NCBI GenBank assembly: GCA_963752595.1
Contig: CAVVYZ010000017.1
Location: forward strand, 213,432-277,431
Reading direction: 5' to 3'
Length of the DNA: 64,000 nt
Origin: an uncultured delta proteobacterium
GTDB taxonomy: Bacteria > Desulfobacterota > Desulfomonilia > UBA1062
Part shown: positions 63,033 to 64,000 of the stretch, piece after piece
Numbering within the stretch: the stretch's first letter is position 1
Layout: every line of letters begins with the position of its first letter
The notes under the pieces: model-generated
The model's database searches: none
What the model was told of the DNA's origin: nothing
The model's input: only the letters and a program-made list of their open reading frames with translations
Program-made: the position numbers and the translations under genes

Positions 63033-64000
63033 ATGAATACCTATGAAATGCGCTGTGCCGGTTGCGGTATGGCGATTGGTCGGGGGGATAGATTCTGCAG
63101 GTTCTGCGGCGTATCTCAGGCGAGCAGAGCGGGCACTCAGGAGCATCGCTACATTACCGCCCTGTATTCGGACTTGAACCGCTATACATCCCTTTCAGCT
63201 ATCCTTGACCCTGAGGAATTGAAATCAATCATGGGTTCCATTTTCCAGGAGGCAACCCGCACCATAACTTCATTTGGCGGGGTTATCGAAAAATTCTCTG
63301 GTGATGCGGTTGTTGCCCTGTTCGGCGTTCATCTCATACACGAGGACGATATCGTCCGGGCTATCCGTTCAGCCATTACACTCCATGCGTTCGTTCAAAA
63401 AGAAATGGGGAATCGATCGGGAGAACAGTTCACGATGCATACAGGGATTCATACGGGAACCGCCCTCGTAGATCAGGAGACAGGCAATAACCTTTGTCTC
63501 GGCGCCATGGGCATGCCGATCAACATTGCTGCAAGGCTCTCAAGCATTGCCGCACCGGGAGAAATCCTCATAGATGATTCCTCCCGGAATGAGGCCGAAA
63601 GATTTTTCCATACCGAGTTTGTCGGGAACAAAATTCTGAAAGGCATCAAAGAGCCGGTATCTGCCTATCGGGTTCATTCAATGAGGCGGATACCCTTGAG
63701 CATCCATCGGCCGGCCGGTATCCCTTCGCCCATGGTCGGCAGGGAAGAGCAGATGGCATTGCTCATGAATGCACGGAACAATCTGCTGCGAGGGCGTGGA
63801 GCTTATATAGTGATTTCCGGAGAGGCAGGAGTGGGGAAGAGCAGGCTGATCCACGAGTTCTTCTGTTCTCTGCCGGATGAAGTCGCTTCATTCACTATTC
63901 AATGCCTCGATCATATGAAGGATACCCCATACTACCCGGTCATATCCATGATCAGGCAGATGGTCGGCATGATGGGCGAAAATGGAATCGACCTTGACCG
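63033..64000 (+). CDS. Zinc-ribbon / class III adenylate-guanylate cyclase / STAND-type AAA ATPase protein (5' part; continues beyond the window)
   Basis: The frame is open from ATG 63033 to the window end. The zinc ribbon is CAGCG...CRFCG. The cyclase domain reads ITALYSDLNRYTS...KFSGDAVVALFG...GIHTGTAL...MGMPINIAARL. Walker A follows as ISGEAGVGKS. Confidence 0.8.
   Translation, partial: MNTYEMRCAGCGMAIGRGDRFCRFCGVSQASRAGTQEHRYITALYSDLNRYTSLSAILDPEELKSIMGSIFQEATRTITSFGGVIEKFSGDAVVALFGVHLIHEDDIVRAIRSAITLHAFVQKEMGNRSGEQFTMHTGIHTGTALVDQETGNNLCLGAMGMPINIAARLSSIAAPGEILIDDSSRNEAERFFHTEFVGNKILKGIKEPVSAYRVHSMRRIPLSIHRPAGIPSPMVGREEQMALLMNARNNLLRGRGAYIVISGEAGVGKSRLIHEFFCSLPDEVASFTIQCLDHMKDTPYYPVISMIRQMVGMMGENGIDLD

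Overview
This is a chromosomal window from an anaerobe. The gene repertoire looks Desulfobacterota/deltaproteobacterial, but that is only a taxonomic guess. Most of the window is housekeeping.

Gene content, left to right:
- The first three genes of an N-type ATPase operon (atpD, atpC, AtpQ-like).
- An RpoH-like sigma factor, translationally coupled to a Lon-like ATPase that has no protease domain, preceded by a small conserved protein.
- A stand-alone Fis-type HTH protein, an NtrC-type sigma-54 activator and a hybrid histidine kinase.
- amrS, tsaC, purE, purD, purH, a Nudix CoA pyrophosphatase, purC, thrC and metK-ahcY.
- An alpha/beta hydrolase and a long acyl-CoA dehydrogenase.
- An MCP followed by an IS5-family element, then a LysM glycosidase-like protein.
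- kdsD, rimO, glgC and a CheY-like gene, then a TolQ/TolR-like pair.
- PSP1-metG, a DUF3391-like/HDOD/GGDEF trio, purB-pyrE and tsaD-rsmA.
- A subtilisin-like protease with a clear sigma-54 promoter, a thiolase and xerC-hslVU.
- A YhaM-like nuclease, amrA (AMMECR1), a methyltransferase, HtrA, dtd and arsR-trxB-trxA.
- A four-gene envelope module ending in lpoB, an ICMT-like methyltransferase and ilvE.
- A 5'-truncated comM remnant and the start of a cyclase-STAND ATPase.

I found no rRNA, tRNA or CRISPR array.

Seventeen conserved genes are broken by frameshifts. Sixteen of them cluster in three blocks (about 13.5-25.6 kb, 31.4-34.3 kb and 45.7-51.4 kb), and the Lon-like gene has one isolated frameshift at about 4.39 kb. 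I interpret these as uncorrected indel errors, not real gene decay.

The most system-like unexplained locus is 3.1-10.9 kb: hybrid kinase, NtrC-type activator, decoy-like HTH paralogue, candidate sigma-54 promoters, small protein, protease-less Lon-like ATPase and RpoH-like sigma. All functional calls come from motif recognition by eye. No database search was run.
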